Source: Nitrospirales bacterium (GTDB lineage: Bacteria; Nitrospirota; Nitrospiria; Nitrospirales; UBA8639). From it: a DNA stretch of 64,000 bases. Positions 62,396-64,000 of this stretch are shown piece by piece. The first letter of the stretch is position 1. Every line of letters begins with the position of its first letter. A program made the position numbers and the translations under genes. The stretch covers positions 4,064,001 to 4,128,000 of the forward strand of contig OY820905.2 in the NCBI GenBank assembly GCA_963555755.3, written 5' to 3'. The notes under the pieces were generated by a model. It was not told where the DNA came from. It saw only the letters and a list, made by a program, of their open reading frames with translations, and ran no database searches.

Positions 62396-64000
62396 TGAAT
62401 CAACCTCTCGCGGATCAATCAGCCCGTGAACGCGCCGCCACGGCTGCGGATGTGAATATCGTCGTGACCGCTGGTGCTGGAACAGGCAAGACGACCCTCC
62501 TCATTGACCGTCTGACCCACTTGTTGTTGCGGCCTCGTGATCGGGTCACACTCAACCAGATCGTGGCCTTGACCTTCACGAATAAAGCGGCCAGTGAAAT
62601 GAAGTTGCGGCTTCGGCAACGCCTCCTGGTGATGCAAGAACTCAGCCGGGGAGGATCCAATCACGCGGAACCCTTACGCTATGAAGCCCGAGTCATCAGA
62701 GATCTCCAAGCCTTGTATGGTCTGACCGATCAACAAGTGGCGGATGTCGCCGAGCAGACGCTCTATGATGTAGAACGTGCTCATCTCGAAACCATCCATA
62801 GCTTTGCGGCATACGTGCTGCGGTTGTTTCCGGTCGAGGCTGGTGTTGATCCGTCGTTTCAAGAGGATGATGGCACGCAGTTCAACGCCCATTTTCATCG
62901 GGAATGGACTCGGTGGTTGGATCATGAATTAGACAAGGCTAGTCCCAATCGTGAAATCTGGCGCGCCATTTTACAGTTGGTCAGTCTTGATGATTTGCAA
63001 ACTTTTGCTCGGGCCTTGATGGATGAATTTATTCCACTGACAAGCCTGGCCACATTACACATGGCAGATGCGTTTCCACACGTGGTTCGAACCTGGATCA
63101 GTGGGTTGATCGAAACGGCACGGGATTTACGAACCGCTCACCCGAAGGATCAAACACTCGAGACGATGTTGGACGATGCGATCGTTCAACTGAATGCGCT
63201 CACTCGAGACGGTCAGACAGAAAAGAGTGAGGAGGGGTCCCGGCTCACTCGACCGATTCCCGCGCAGACGAAGTCTTGGTCAGATGAAGACTATGAACAG
63301 GCTCGATCCATTCTGAAAGTGGCACGCGCGAGTCAAAATCCGATCCCGAAACCCTTGTGGGATTTTCTAGGCCTCTTGTTCCCCTTTGTCGAAGAATGCC
63401 AACGGACATTTCTCAAGGCCGGCTGGCTGTCGTTTAACGGGCTCTTAACCAAGGCACGGGACCTGCTTCGTGATTCGCCACGGGTACGACGAGAAATCAA
63501 ACAGCAATTCCACGCGATTTTGGTTGATGAGTTTCAGGATACGGACCCGGTTCAATACGAACTGATTTTGTACTTGGCCGAAGACTCGAAATACGATGCA
63601 CGTGCGTGGTCGCAGGTCCGGTTGGCGCCGGGCAAGCTCTTCATTGTGGGCGATCCCAAACAATCGATTTATGCGTTTCGACGAGCGGATATCGAAGCCT
63701 ATGATTCCGTCATTCATGATCTCGTGTTGGGCCAAGCAACCAGCGGAGAACAACTGACCTTGCGCAGTAATTTTCGCTCTCATGCAGGTGTGCTAGAGCC
63801 TGTAAATGCGTGCTGTCGGAAGTGGTTTCCCCACGAGGCGGTCAAGGGGGTTCAGCCTCGGTATGAAGATCTCTTGCCGGTTGAATCAGAATCCGTACCC
63901 TCCCAGGATGAAGGTGTGCAAGTCCGATTAGTGCGATTTCTTGAAGATACCGTGGATACCGAGGCCGCCACTCGCGCCGAGGCGCAGGAGCTCGCTCGCT
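62395..64000 (+). CDS. addA: AddA-like UvrD helicase/nuclease (runs off the window)
   Basis: ATG overlaps the addB stop; TAGAGTGKT, ALTFTNKAA, LVDEFQDT, VGDPKQSIYAFR. Confidence 0.9.
   Translation, partial: MNQPLADQSARERAATAADVNIVVTAGAGTGKTTLLIDRLTHLLLRPRDRVTLNQIVALTFTNKAASEMKLRLRQRLLVMQELSRGGSNHAEPLRYEARVIRDLQALYGLTDQQVADVAEQTLYDVERAHLETIHSFAAYVLRLFPVEAGVDPSFQEDDGTQFNAHFHREWTRWLDHELDKASPNREIWRAILQLVSLDDLQTFARALMDEFIPLTSLATLHMADAFPHVVRTWISGLIETARDLRTAHPKDQTLETMLDDAIVQLNALTRDGQTEKSEEGSRLTRPIPAQTKSWSDEDYEQARSILKVARASQNPIPKPLWDFLGLLFPFVEECQRTFLKAGWLSFNGLLTKARDLLRDSPRVRREIKQQFHAILVDEFQDTDPVQYELILYLAEDSKYDARAWSQVRLAPGKLFIVGDPKQSIYAFRRADIEAYDSVIHDLVLGQATSGEQLTLRSNFRSHAGVLEPVNACCRKWFPHEAVKGVQPRYEDLLPVESESVPSQDEGVQVRLVRFLEDTVDTEAATRAEAQELAR

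Overview
64-kb bacterial window, most likely Nitrospirales/Nitrospirota (inferred from protein and repeat-family resemblance; no search was run). The right third is mostly core genome: tRNA-Leu(CAG), rplI, glyA, nrdR, two-component genes and addB/addA-like genes. The left two thirds are an accessory mosaic. It holds a tandem DUF2791-type ATPase, a Sel1/TPR cluster, a GT4/P450 pair, a secreted haem peroxidase, a PEP-CTERM gene, and stacked integrative islands at the tRNA-Leu 3' end (tyrosine integrase, HigBA-like TA pair, ISAs1 element). At least six small mobile or repeat families and many pseudogenes are present (cynS, STAS, Hpt tail, a DUF2791 paralog, a P450, the intron RT). The most striking signals are three. 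(1) A 146-bp element with AAAAGGGGTCAAATCTTTGGTTGA ends carries 'stuttered' partial end copies, sits at rearrangement junctions, and brackets a 6-kb insert flanked by an apparently identical 2,025-bp duplication. (2) Two unrelated MITEs are inserted in frame in proteins, adding 56 aa to the AddB-like protein and 65 aa to a signal peptide. (3) A group II intron sits exactly inside the terminal inverted repeat of a non-autonomous IS. No CRISPR array or rRNA was seen.
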